A stretch of DNA of 63,492 nt, filler included, from Dimorphilus gyrociliatus (Eukaryota; Animalia; Annelida), in NCBI GenBank assembly GCA_904063045.1. It is 4 parts of 4 records of this genome, joined end to end, with 100 filler letters (N's around TTAATTAATTAA, not from the genome) between each part and the next. Parts side by side here need not be neighbours in the genome. Positions count along the whole stretch, not along the records: positions 27,524 to 44,514 come from CAJFCJ010000200.1; positions 44,615 to 56,554 come from CAJFCJ010000047.1; 2 more parts are not named here. One strand, 5' to 3'. The notes under the pieces were generated by a model. That model did no database searches. It was not told the origin of the DNA and saw only the letters and a program-made list of their open reading frames with translations. Of this stretch, positions 38,076-51,115 are shown piece by piece. The translations under genes and the position numbers were made by a program. Position 1 is the stretch's first letter; each line of letters begins with the position of its first letter.

Positions 38076-39724
38076 TAAATTATATCAAAGCTTCATTTCT
38101 AAGAAATAAAAATCTCTTAAAACCTATGTTTAAAATCTTTTTCCATTGCACTATCGGAGAGCTAATACCTGAGTTTGTAATAGGCATAGTAAACGAAATC
38201 AATAAAGTATTAGATAACAAGAATATATTTCTAAGGAGCGAAAAAAAATTAATCTATTTTATAAAAGAGGCTGAAAATCTATTTCTTGTATCTTTTAAAA
38301 AAGAACTACAAATACAAAATTATATAAAAAATGTCTTCAATTCCGATATAAAACTAAACATTTCAACATTAAACTATTTATTGAAAATTTCTAATAAAAA
38401 GCCAGCTTTTGAGATAGTAAAAGACATTAATAAAACTGATTTGGACCATCTAATAAGTATTGTTAAACAACACCAATTATGTATCTATAAAATATTGTCT
38501 AAAATAAGGGAAGATGGTTTTATAACTAGTAAATGGAATTGTATTATTTCTTATGAAAAGAGTATAGGTAATAACGGACGATACAAGAAAGACTTTGTTT
38601 ATGATTGGGAATTATTTAAACAGGAATTCGCGTTTTTAAAAGTAGAACAAATGGCAGAATTATTTCCCTTCTTTAATTTAAATTACCAAAACCTTATCAC
38701 TAATCTTTATGAAGTTTTAAATATTATGCTACAAAATACTTCAAATGTGATTGGAGACGCTATAATGATTAATTATATAAACTGTGATGGTGAAAAATTA
38801 GGTAATGGAATTAATATTAACCAATTTAATTGGTCATACATACGACAAAAGCTTACCAAAAAAAGACAGTTTCTCATTAAAAACGCTGATAAAATAATAA
38901 AAGAACTTACATATGAACATAAAAGGTCGATAATAAGCGATTCATCGCAAGTACTCATAACAGAAAGTGCTTCTATAATATCATATAGAATTGTTGAACA
39001 AGGTTTAATAAACCTCAAAAATAGTATTTCTAATTATACGAAAAAACAAATGAAGAATTTAATAAATGAATCGTTTATAAGTGATGTTCTTAATGTATAC
39101 AATGAAAATATTATCAAAAACAACCTTAAAGATACAAAATTCCTACATGATAAGCTAGTATTCTTAAAATATCCCCATTTACTTACAGATGAAATTTTTA
39201 ATTTAATCGAAGATAAAACATCTTTATTACCAATAATGAGCGAAAAGCAGTTAAAATTATATAAACAAGACATAGATCTTAACAGAATAGAATTTTATTT
39301 TTATGAAATTATCTCAAAATTAGCGGTTATAAACAAGCCTCTGGAAATAAACAAACCTACTTTAGTAGATTTGTATGACAGCTTACAACAATCTAATAAT
39401 AATCAAACATGCAAACAACCCAAATACTTGTCTAAAAGTAAAGTTAAAAGCTACTATAACGAAAATGTATTTGAACAAGTCAAATACGATTATTTTTACA
39501 AAAGAAGCGAATATTTTTCAAGTTTTAATTTCAAACCGGATACTAAAATCTTTACAAATTATGTTAATTGTAATCTATGGCTTAAATTTAAAGACATATC
39601 AATTGATCTTATTTTTAACGTATTAAATGATATACAAATAGAGAGGTCGTTATTATATCAAGATACTCTAATAGATATACATTCATATAAAAATAATTTT
39701 ACTGAAACCTCTATAAAAAATAAT

Positions 39725-40874
39725 GGTGGGTGGGAAGTTCATTACCCCTTCGATCAAAAAATGATTTTTTTGTGATCTAGAGGAAATTTAGGAGAAGGGT
39801 TTGAACTTTTTTTTAAATTTTTTTTTCTAATCTTTTTAAAATAAAGGTTTTATTTATTAAATATATATTTTTCCCTTAATGAACTATAGAGAATTAGTAT
39901 TAGCAACATCCGATGAACACAGAACAATTGACTTCCTTGTTAATAAAAATTTAATAAAACGAACTAGAAGATGTCCAACTTGTATAAACAAGGAGATGAT
40001 TATTATTAAACACTTAGACACTTCAGATATAAGTGTTATACTTGTAAAAATCATAATTCCATTTTTGAAAGTACAGTAATGAAAAGAACAAAGATAAAAT
40101 TACACATTTTTTTGGACTATGTTTATTTTTTTTGTAATATGTATATGAATAGGTTCGAGATAATAAAAGAACTAAAAGATTTAACTGTTAAAACTATCAC
40201 AAAGTGGAATAAAATCTTAAACTTTACTATATACACAATAATGAGTAATGAAATGAATGAAAAAATTGGAGGTCCAGGACATATAGTCGAAATAGATGAA
40301 AGCTTATTTTCTAAAAGAAAATATAACATTGGAAGAATATATAAAAAAAAATGGATAATAGGTGGAATTGATATTTATACCAAAAAAACATTTTTCATAG
40401 AAGTAGATAATAGAAGAAAAAATACTATAAATGAAATTGTTGAAAGATATGTTGAAAAAAACTCAATTATTTATACAGATGGCTGGCCTGGATATGAGAA
40501 ATTATCATCTATGGGCTATATTCATGATAAAGTGAACCACAATGAGAACTTTATAGATCCACATACCGGAGCCAATACTCAAGCAATTGAAAATCAATGG
40601 TCTCTCCTAAAGCAATATATAAGAAGAAACTGCCCTTCATCGAGTCAATATATGGATATATATTTGCTAAGTATTTATTTTTAAGAAAGTATGGAAATGA
40701 AGCTTTTTTAGTATTATTAAAGAGAATTTTTAATTATTTTTGTTTTTAGTGTTATTTTTGTTTAACACAAAAAAAAATTTTTTTTTGAATAACTTTTATG
40801 CCCTTCCCTCCTACTTCTCGTATTTCCAAAAAAATCATTTTTTGATCGAAGGGGTAATGAACTTCCCACCCACC
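39725..40874 (+). mobile_element. Merlin (IS1595/ISXO2-like) element, transposase from 39879 to about 40730
   Basis: TIR GGTGGGTGGGAAGTTCATTACCCCTTCGATCAAAAAATGATTTTTTTG at both ends. AAATAAT direct repeat flanks. VEIDES, YTDGWPGY, TQAIENQW. Confidence 0.95.
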
Positions 40875-42699
40875 AAATAATGATTTAATATTTTTAGTAA
40901 ATTAAAAAAAGAGTTAAATGAATATTTAAGAATTACTAACAAGCAACATATCTTGTTAAACGTTGTTGATACTATTTTAAATGAATCTAGTAGAGACTCT
41001 TACTTTAATAAACATATGTCTATACCTAAAGAAATAGATAAATCACTATTAATGGAACAACTAGTCGAATTTCACCAATTAAGATTTTCTAACAAAAAAG
41101 ATTCAATTCCTTTAAAAACATTTGTTTTTAAAGCTGTTTATAATCATTATTTATATGATAACATTGCATTAGAAGATATTCAATCGCTTTTATCTACTGA
41201 GATGAAGTGTATTTTAAAGAATTCTATTTTACGGGATTTTTTGATACGAGAATTTAAAAATAAAAAGACCGAGGGAATGAAAAAGACTTTGAAGCAACTA
41301 AAAAACATTATAAAAGAATATAATTTTAATAATATCAATTTATTTACAATAATAAAACAAAGATTCGAGTTTGAATGTGACGAAGAAGTATTTTATTTAC
41401 TAATTTTATCAAGAAAATTTGTAATCAATGAGTATAGATGTTTAAATTATAAATTCAAAAACCTTAATTTTTATAAAGAAAAGTACAAAACAGAAATTGA
41501 AAAACTAGCACCAAAAATAGAACAAGATTATATTTTTATAAGTAATTCAAATACAAATCAGTTTATAATTAATTCTTTCTTATATACAATTAATTATAGA
41601 GATATTAAAAAAAAAACTGAGATTCTTTGCCAAAACTTAAAAAATTTACTTTGTGAGTTTTATATAAAATTTAAGAACAATTCTTTAGAATTCAATACAA
41701 ATAAATAAGATAATTTTATAAATATAGAAACATCAGCCTTATTTTCCATGTTAAATGGTATTTACGAAAGACCATTTTTTATTTTTTTAAAAATATTTCT
41801 GGACGCTTTTAAGAGAATAGAAAATATAGAACACTGTATTTTAATTGATGAAGTGTTATCTTTACAGTATAAAAAGAACTTTGTTGTTGATTTACTTAAT
41901 AAGAATAGTTATATAAATTATTTCATGATTTTCCCTGAGGATTTTCCTGTTTTTAGGTTCCTATTTCCTAATTTTAGTGAAGCTTTATTTAACTTTAAAG
42001 AAAAATTAAATATAAAGGAATCCTCTTTAGATATTAATAAAAGTTTGTATGTAAAATTTGACCAAAATTTGTACTCAAAAATTATTTATAATGAAATAGA
42101 ACATCCAATAAATGAGATAAAAAAAGTAATTGAAAGGAGTGACAATATTTTGAAAGTTAAAATCAGTTACCAGCTACCAAAACAAGAAGTAATTGAATGT
42201 CATCTAACTATACCTTTAGATCCTTTATCTAAAGCCTATTTTAAAGAAGAAGACCAATTAATAACAAAATATAATACTTATTTAACAAAAACTAATAAAT
42301 ATTCATCTGTCATTCTTGAGTTAAAAAATAAGTATAATGAAATTACTAAAGGTTTAAGTGAATGTTTAATATGTTATTCTAAGTTTATGAGAGTTAATGA
42401 ATCTCTATCAGATGTTGGATGTGATAGGTGTAACAATAGTTATCATAGCAGTTGTATTAAGAAGTGGTTTGAGGTATATAAGAACACTTGTCCACTCTGT
42501 CGAAAAGAGATAAAGAAATAACTTTCTCTTTTAGTTAATTAAAAATTCCTTATTTAATTCTTTGATAATCACTATTTGGTAAAATTTTATTTACTTAATC
42601 TATTTATTTTTTTAAGGCATTTAAAGTACCCACACAGAATAAAAAATAGTAGAAAAATGAAACAATTGAATTAAAACAATGTATAAAACAAAACTTAAA

Positions 42700-44460
42700 G
42701 ACAGTTATCTATAATCTACTATCATAATCTAAAAATGAGTTTGGTACATATACCAGGGGAAAGTCGTTTTCTAACAAAAAACAGCATAGAATATAAATCA
42801 TTTGAGGAGGCAACAGAAGTGTTTGGATTACTATTTAACAATAGTAAGTTGTGTAGGTATATGGAAGAGGCAAGTATAACATTAAATTCTGAGTAAGTAA
42901 GACAAATTTTCACTTATATCTGTATATTCAATAGAACCTGTAATACCAAAAAACTATTTTATGGGTTCATAGAAGACATGACTACGTATTTCCAAGGCGA
43001 TAGCAAAAATTTGACAATTGTTGAAGTTTAAAACATATTTAAATTACATAGTTTGGACTGCAATACATTTAATATAACGCCACCAAAAATAAGAAATTAG
43101 AAAACTACACATCAAATTATAACTTATGTAATGAGAAAAGAAGAACATTTTTCATAAAATCATCAAGAATCATGAAACAGGTGATGATAAGCATTCTGTG
43201 TTCCTCGAGGAACCAAGTGGCTCAAAAAAGCCCACAGTACACGAAACACTAATCAAAAACTTAGAAGCAACGATTAATCAGTGATAATATCTGCAACAAC
43301 AGGAATCGCAGCAGATATATTTGAAAATGGCAGAAAACATCATTCCACATTCAAACTGCCTATACTATTATATGAAAACAGTATATCATCAAAGGATATT
43401 AGTTCAAAGCATGCAAGTAATATAAAAATTGCAGCACTTATTATCATAGATGAGGTGAGCGTGATTTCAAAGCATGCTTTACACACCATTTATGACTTAT
43501 TGAAGAGAATTTGTAAAAATAGCAAACTGTTTGATAATAAATTTGTATTACTCGGTGGGGATTTTAAACAAAAATCCCATACAGTTGTTAATGATAGTAA
43601 AAATAATATTAAAGAAAACTCAATAAAAGGCCTTCCTTTCTGTTAATATGTTAGTATTATTAAATTGAAATAAAATATGAGAGCTATCAAACAAATAAAA
43701 GTTAATAAGTGGTTAATGAACGTTAGAAATAGAAAGACAGATTACATAGAAGTTAGAAAAAATATATTGAAAATAAAAATATAATAAACAAAGATTTGGT
43801 ACTAAAATAGATAACAATAATAATGCTATAGTTAACAGAGTAATACTTAAAATCAAGAATGAGTTTTACAAACAATAAGTAATGAAATGACGAATTTACT
43901 AATGGAGATAAAAGAGTCTATTTAAGTTTAAATTCAGTGGTGTTGAATAATAAAGACTTCTAAAGCAACATACTACTGAATTTTTAAACAAACAACACAC
44001 CAGCTTTACGAATTCGACTTGAAGCTGGATTTATATTTCTTATTAACATTTAGAATAGATCACAAGTTTTGGCTGTAAAATAGAACTAGGGTTATACAAG
44101 AAATACATGACAATATCATTAAATGTAAAATACTTAAAGGTAATAATGAATGGAATGTGTCTGTGTCATACTGAGGGGGTGGTATAACACCCAGCAACCC
44201 AAATACTTTCGTATAAAAAAGAAAGCATTTCTATATAATACTAGACTTCTCAGTTACATTTTATGTATCACAAGAACAATCACTTGTTAAAATTGGTCTT
44301 TACTTATTACAGTCTGTTTTTATACAATGATAATTATATGTAGCTCTTTCTAGAGTAAAAAAAACAAAAATATAAAATATTTATCGAAAAGTAGGTAAAA
44401 AACTATACACAGAAAATGTTGTTTACAAAGAGTTATTATATAGTAAAGAATGTATTAGTT
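42700..44460 (+). pseudogene. Helitron PIF1-like helicase relic
   Basis: SATTGIAA, IIIDEVS, LLGGDFKQ and, near 44340, YVALSRV. Many stops. Confidence 0.85.
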
Positions 44461-44514
44461 ATCTTCAATAGTTTGTTGATTTAACATTTTTCTCAATCAC
44501 TTATTTTTAAAACG

Positions 44515-44614
44515 NNNNNNNNNNNNNNNNNNNNNNNNNNNNNNNNNNNNNNNNNNNNTTAATTAATTAANNNNNNNNNNNNNNNNNNNNNNNNNNNNNN
44601 NNNNNNNNNNNNNN
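44515..44614. other. Artificial contig linker
   Basis: 44 N + TTAATTAATTAA + 44 N. Confidence 0.97.
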
Positions 44615-44950
44615 ATTTTCTCATAAACTACAATCAATTCAGCCTCATTCTTTAGCTCATCAACAAGTATGTAAAAAGATCCTTTGGCAGGTGGCTTACT
44701 GTTCATTCTTTGATGCCATCCCTCACAATTATTATTGGTTCTAATTGATAAACCAAAAACTGACCAATTATTTGGTTTCCACAATTTATTTTCCATCCAA
44801 TGTGTTTTGAAGTATTCTAAGAGATCCAAGAACTTATTTTTTTCAACAAGCTCTTTCTTCAAGCTGTCAAATGTTGGTTGAATAATATGTTATAACTTGC
44901 AAACGCATAGATTTTGCCAGCAAGAGCAGTACACTGGTTCTACTCAAACA
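44615..44950 (-). mobile_element. MULE transposase fragment at the contig edge
   Basis: YFKTHWM..WSVFGLSIRTNNNCEGWH, homologous to the relic at about 23000-23250. Confidence 0.8.
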
Positions 44951-45476
44951 TTTGCATGTTAAATATAACCAAAGTTGTACACCATAGAATATAGATTTCA
45001 CATATTTGAATAGTTAAACAAATTATCCTTATTCATTGTTTGGAAAGGATAGATTGTTAAATATTGAATAAAGAATACCTTTAAATATATAATACATAGG
45101 CTTGTTCTTAGTATCAGCATATTTGAATAAAAAAACCCCATTTTCTTGATTATTACCAAAATATTCCATAAATAGAAAAAAATGCAAGACCGTTGAATTT
45201 TTGAATTATTCTTCAAAATATTCAAAGAATCAGGAAGTCTTAATAAATATTTTACCTGCAAAATAAATTATTTTTAAGATTGACTTATTTGCTAAGATAG
45301 AACAAAATTGACAAAAAAGGAATATAAATTTAGTCATTTTTTTGAAAAGATAGTGTAATATTTATAATGATTAATATATATGTATAGGCCTATTGTTTAA
45401 AAAAAATTATATAAATGATTAGTTTTCCTGCAAAGAAATCAGCTACAGAATAATTTTGTTTGAAGAAATAAATAAA

Positions 45477-48400
45477 ATGAAATTGTTAGATTATTTTTTA
45501 ATTTTCATTTCTTCAATAGTTCTTTATGTAAATGGATTGGAAAATTTTGAATTAACTAATAACCAAAATGGATTATTCATTTCTGAAAAAAGTTTTAGAA
45601 ATATTAAAGAATTGAAAGATATTTCTTGTTCTTTTAATCGTAATTCATTATGTTTCTACAATGCAACATCAAATATAAAAGATTCCATCTGGAAAACAAC
45701 TGCCTTTTTAAGAACTGCAAAAGGTTTTATCAGACCACGGAAACATTTTGGTATATAGTTATTTTTTTCTCAGTTGAGTAATACATTAATAATTTCACTA
45801 TTTATTTAGTATATTCAGAAAAATTTGCATATATTTCCTTCAAAAGTCTTGATAAAAATTTAAAAATGTCCTTTCAAAGTCCTCTCTTTTTTTCTGCTGG
45901 TGTGAAATGTATTCAATTCTATTACTTTATACTTGGAACATTCAAAGGGCATTTGACAGTTGATTTAAAAGAAATAAATCGAAATAAATCAAGAAAATTA
46001 TTAGATAAATCTTTTACAAATCATTCATATTGGAAAAAAGTAAATATTCAACTATTAGAAAATGGATTATATAAGGTAAAATACTACCAGTTTATTTTAT
46101 TTTAAAATATTAAATTTTAATTCTTTTTATTAAAAAACATAGTTTAGTGTTAATTTTAAAACTGAAGGAATTTCTCATGGAAGTTTAGCTATTGATGATT
46201 TTTTTATTGTTAATTGTCAAAATGGTAATTATTTAAAAATACAAAAATTACTAAAATGTAATTTTGATGATGGTACAATATGTAACTATAAAATTGGAAA
46301 TATCTTTGGAAATTTAACTTGGAAATTGGCAAATAGATTTATAGAAAATGGCAATTTAATTACTGATATGAATGGAAAAGGTAGTTCTATTTATTAGGTT
46401 GATATTGAAGTTTTAGTTTTTTTCTTTTCTTTCTTTTTATATGTCAATAGGGAAATTTTTACATGTTATTTCAACACCTTGTTATACATATCAAAAAACA
46501 AGGCTTATTTCCCCTAAAATTTCAATACTTGAATCTGGATACAAATATATTTTCTACTATTATATTATTGATTTTGTACATGCTAGATTTAGAATATTTA
46601 TACCTGGACTAAGTTCTTTAAATCTAAAGTATCGTCTAGACATTAATCAATTGAAAAATACAAACAAAAAATGGTTTAAATATGAAATTCCTTTACCAAT
46701 TGGAGAATATTCTGTAAGCAAAAAAAAATTGCTATCTAATTATAAAAAATTTTTATAATATTTCATTTTGAATTTAGATTGAATTTGAAGTTGATTGTTT
46801 CCACAATGTCAAGAATTTAAATATTTCAATAGATTCAATTAATATTGAAAAGGATCACATGGAAAATTCAAATTCAACAATTTCTAGAAATATTAATCCT
46901 AAACATTTAGAAATTGTCAATTGTGAATTTGAAAGTAATCTTTGCAATTACGAATTAATATTATCGAAAAATGTAAGTTTATATGAACGATCTCAATGGT
47001 TTTTAAAGAATGGTGGAGTTGAAGGAAAATCTGGCTATGAAATAACTGAAAAACCAGGTTAAATTATTAATATGTCAATATATTAGTAATTTAATTAATT
47101 AATTATTAATCCATTTACAGGAGGGTTTTTCTTTTCATCTTCTCTGTTTTTATGTGAAGGAAGAACCCCAATTCTGGAAAGCCCAATGATTACTATAGAA
47201 AATGTTGGACACACATTTTCATTTTATCATTTCCTCAGTGGTGGAGTAAGGAATGCAATCTATGCAACTATCAATGGAAAAGTGTATTATTATTTTAATA
47301 GGTATTGGCAAGGGTTTCTTCAGAGTGGTTACTGGAAAAAAGCAGTTTTACATCTACCAATTGGAACTTATAAAGTAAAATTTGTTACCTTAAATATTTC
47401 TTTTTTATCTATATAAAATGTTTGTAATTTTATCAGATAAGAATTGAACTTGATTGTACAACTCTTTGGACTCATTCAGTAGATTTAGACTCTTTTGCCA
47501 TTAATAGAGATCCAATTCCAACAATATCACCAAAAACAACAAAAACAATAACACCAATACTAAAACCCACAAATAAACCAAAAACCTTAGCAGATTATCT
47601 GGAATGTAATTTTGATGATAAGAATTTTTGTTTTTATCGTGCAATATATTTAATGAAAGTGAATGCCTATGATGAAAAGTATATATGGACTTTTCAAAAA
47701 AGAAATTCTGGAGTATTAACTAGGCCTAATTCTGATGTTAATGGATCAGGTAATTTTATTAAAAATATATTTTTTCCTATTAAAAATGTATACTTTTTCA
47801 ATGTCAAGGTTATTATTTGTATTCTGGTCCAGGAAGATGTTATAGCAATTATGTTGCAATCCACTTATACAGTCAAGTAGTTAATGTAAATCAAACTGGT
47901 TATAGATTTTCATTTTATTACTATTTGGAAAATGTTAAAGGAATGCGCATCTCACTGAGATTTGGTATAAAACAAGTTTTTGTTATAGATAAAGATGAAC
48001 ACAATAGAAAGAACATAACGTCGAATAAATGGAACAAAATAATGCTTGATCTACCAATTGGAAAATATTATGTAGGCCTATATAGAAATTATTCCTTTTA
48101 ACCAATTTTCATTTGAAATATATATGTTTTTCTTTTAAAAGATAAAATTTTCAGTTTATTGTTCAACAGTTAATTCAAATGGAAACTTTGCTATAGACTC
48201 TATTGTAGTTGATAGAGCTTCACCTGCAACACTAATGCCCAGTTCAACTAAACAATCTGAAAGTAATTGAATCCTATTCTAATAGGAGAGAAAATATGCT
48301 CAATATGCTTAGGCCTATAGATTTAAGGTTGGGATGATAAGATTAAAAAAAAAAGAATAAAAGATTTTAACATAACTTATCGCCTTAAAGGCTAGGTCAA

Positions 48401-49497
48401 AACTAGAAGAAAATTGGAGATATTTTCTATCTTATCTACTATTCATAAATGTGTTAATTAAATTTTTAACTGTGTATTAACAAATTAGGCAAAGTTGGTT
48501 TGAATTATGAAAGATGTGGATTACAGAGTGATTCATCATATATCATTGGTGGAAATCCATCGAGAATAGAAGATATTCCTTGGCAGGTAAAATATTTTCT
48601 ATTTTCTTTCTTCTTGAAAATTTTTTTAACTCTCCAAAAAAACTATTAAAAGATAATGTTACTTCAAACTTATAATGGAATAACAACATATAGTGGTGCT
48701 GTTCTCATTCATGAAAACTATGCCTTAACTACAGCCAGTGTTGTCAATAATCAGTAAATATCTCTGAAATTGATTGATTTTATGTTTTTCTCCTTCTCTG
48801 CTCAATTATTATAGATATGCAACTTATAGAATTTTGGTGGGAACAGATTCTTTTGTTGGAGGCAAAACCTATGAAATTTCCAATATAATTAAACATCCAG
48901 AATTTGGTCAGGGTTTGGGTAATAGCATTGCTCTTTTAAAATTAAAGAGTAATGTACAAATGTCACAAAAAATCAGTACTGCCTGTGTTTTAAATACAAC
49001 TCTAATTGGTTCTGAAAGTCATAACTGCTACATTTCAGGCTTTGGAAGATTATTTCCAACAGAATGTAATTTTTTTTCTTTTAAAACTATTTAAATTATT
49101 AATTTTATTTTTCTCTTTTTTTTAAAAAGTTCGTCTTCCACAATTAAGAAAAGCAAATCAAAAATTGATAACAAAATTACAATGTAATAAAAAAATACCA
49201 ATTGTTAATTTGAATTATGACAAAATAATGTGTTCAATTGGAGAATCAGGAGAACAATCATGTATTGTATGTAAAAATCAAAATCATTGAATTTCTTTTG
49301 TATATAAAGTTGAATTCTGTCCTTATTTTTTGAAAAAGGGTGATTTAGGTGGTGGATTATTTTGTAAAAGAAACAACAGATGGACATTGGTTGGTATACA
49401 ATCAAATTTTATCAAAGGATGCAAATATGGATTAACTATTAGCCAACAAGTTGGATCATTTTACAGTTGGATAGAGCAAATGATATCAAATGAATAA
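45477..49497 (+). CDS. Secreted protein with four MAM domains and a C-terminal non-catalytic trypsin-like domain (multi-exon)
   Basis: Signal MKLLDYFLIF. Four C(S/N/E)F(N/D/E)..C starts, each followed by a W..lp.G.Y..aID-type end. Thr/Pro linker. CG..YIIGG, TTASV, NSIALL, SGFG, SCI|GDLGG, WIEQ-stop. Confidence 0.87.
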
Positions 49498-51115
49498 GAA
49501 TGAAAAATTAATACCAATTTTTTTAAATATATTATTGTACTTTGTTTTTATTATTGTAGGGAATAAATTCCTTTTAAAACTTTAAAAAAACTTTATGAAA
49601 GCTAATTGAATTATAACTTGGCTAAACAATAATGTAATTTGCTAAGTGGTTTGTAAGTAGCATAGGCCTATAATAGTTTGAAGCACAGGAATATTATATA
49701 TATATATATATGAAAGTTGTCTCAGAATTTCCTAACAAAGCAAAGTGTATCTGCTATGTTGTGTGTCAGGCATTAAAGTTGGACAAATAAACTTCACATC
49801 ATCGTAGGTCGACATCAGAGATGCTGTGATATTGTCAAGTTGAACAATGTAAGGCGGATGTAACACAATACAAGTAGTGTTGAGAACCCAATTAGGAGAC
49901 ACAAACATATGGTCAAGTATATAAAGAGTAAATGCAACACACTAGTGGTGAGAGAAACAAAGGAATTATAAATAAAATTGAAACGAAATTGTCAGTAATT
50001 TCGTGATACAAAGAGACCAGGATACCAGACTTTATTTGTACAATTGCTTTTAAATAATTCGAAAACATGCCTTCCAAAAAAACTTAGACCTTATTTGTAT
50101 TTAACTTTTAGAGTAGTGCTCATTCAAACAACAACCTTGTGATGGAGCAAAAATTTCTCTCTGATTCAAATAAATAAATAGATGATTTCCACACAATTCA
50201 GATCAATATTAAATCTTCATAAGTGAATAAATATCTTAAATGAACTAATTTAATGGTAGTTCTAAACCCAGAATGATAATCCTAACCCTAATTTGTATTC
50301 AAAGTGGCACTAAGTGCATAAATGCCTAATGGACCATAGGTCTATATATGTATATATAATATTTAGCAAGCTGTTACCAATAGAGGTAATTTTCATTATT
50401 TGTATAATGTGTTGTAGCCATGCCCAAAAGTATTTAAACAATCTACAAAGATTAGCACACTCACTTTGTTGATTAATTTAAAAATCATTTATACTGGTTT
50501 TGACAACTGCTAATTTAAGACTGTTTTATTAAACTTGCTTACTGCATAATTATCCTTTTTACCCAAAGAAAAGAACAAAACACTACAATCAACGAAGTTC
50601 AGTCTTCACCTCAATAATGAATCCTTCTTTTTTAGTTGATCCATCAGTTTAATCATTAGAATTCACTATTTCTCTTGCTTACCTCATACTTAGTCATCCT
50701 AAATCTATCAAATCTTAAATTAGTCACAAAGAGAATTGGTTAAAAAATTTATAAATCGCATCTGTAGATTAGTAAATCAAAAGAAATTGAATTTCAAGGA
50801 AACACTAAGAAAATGTGTATTCTCAAATAGATGTCTTCTCTACAAATCCAGCTTTTTTAGTTGACTAAATTGACATTCTATTTGGGCTAGCATTCAGAAC
50901 AATCTTTATCTAAGCCCCCGCAAAAATATATAATGATACTTAACTGTTTTAAAGTTAATTTGATATTTCAAAGGTGTGTTTTGATTACTGTTAATAAATT
51001 AATATAATAAAAAAATGACATAAGGAGAACAATCATGATAATTAATCATAAATGAAAATGAAAATGTTTTTTTATATATTTGAGTTGTAAGATGAATTTT
51101 CTTATCTAATTGACA

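Larger units (their letters stand above)
36000..42521 (+). pseudogene. LTN1: Listerin/Ltn1-like RING E3 ligase interrupted by a Tc1 and a Merlin insertion
   Basis: C-terminal RWD-like segment plus ECLICY..CDRCNNSYHSSCIKKWF..TCPLCR at the extreme C-terminus, long helical body. ORFs 38126-39775, 40953-41708 and 41748-42521 are collinear. In-frame TAA at 41706. 5' end approximate. Confidence 0.72.

Noticed and set aside
49700-51000. Possible repeat or ncRNA between the MAM gene and receptor C
   Set aside because: No terminal repeats, second copy or recognisable RNA structure found by eye.
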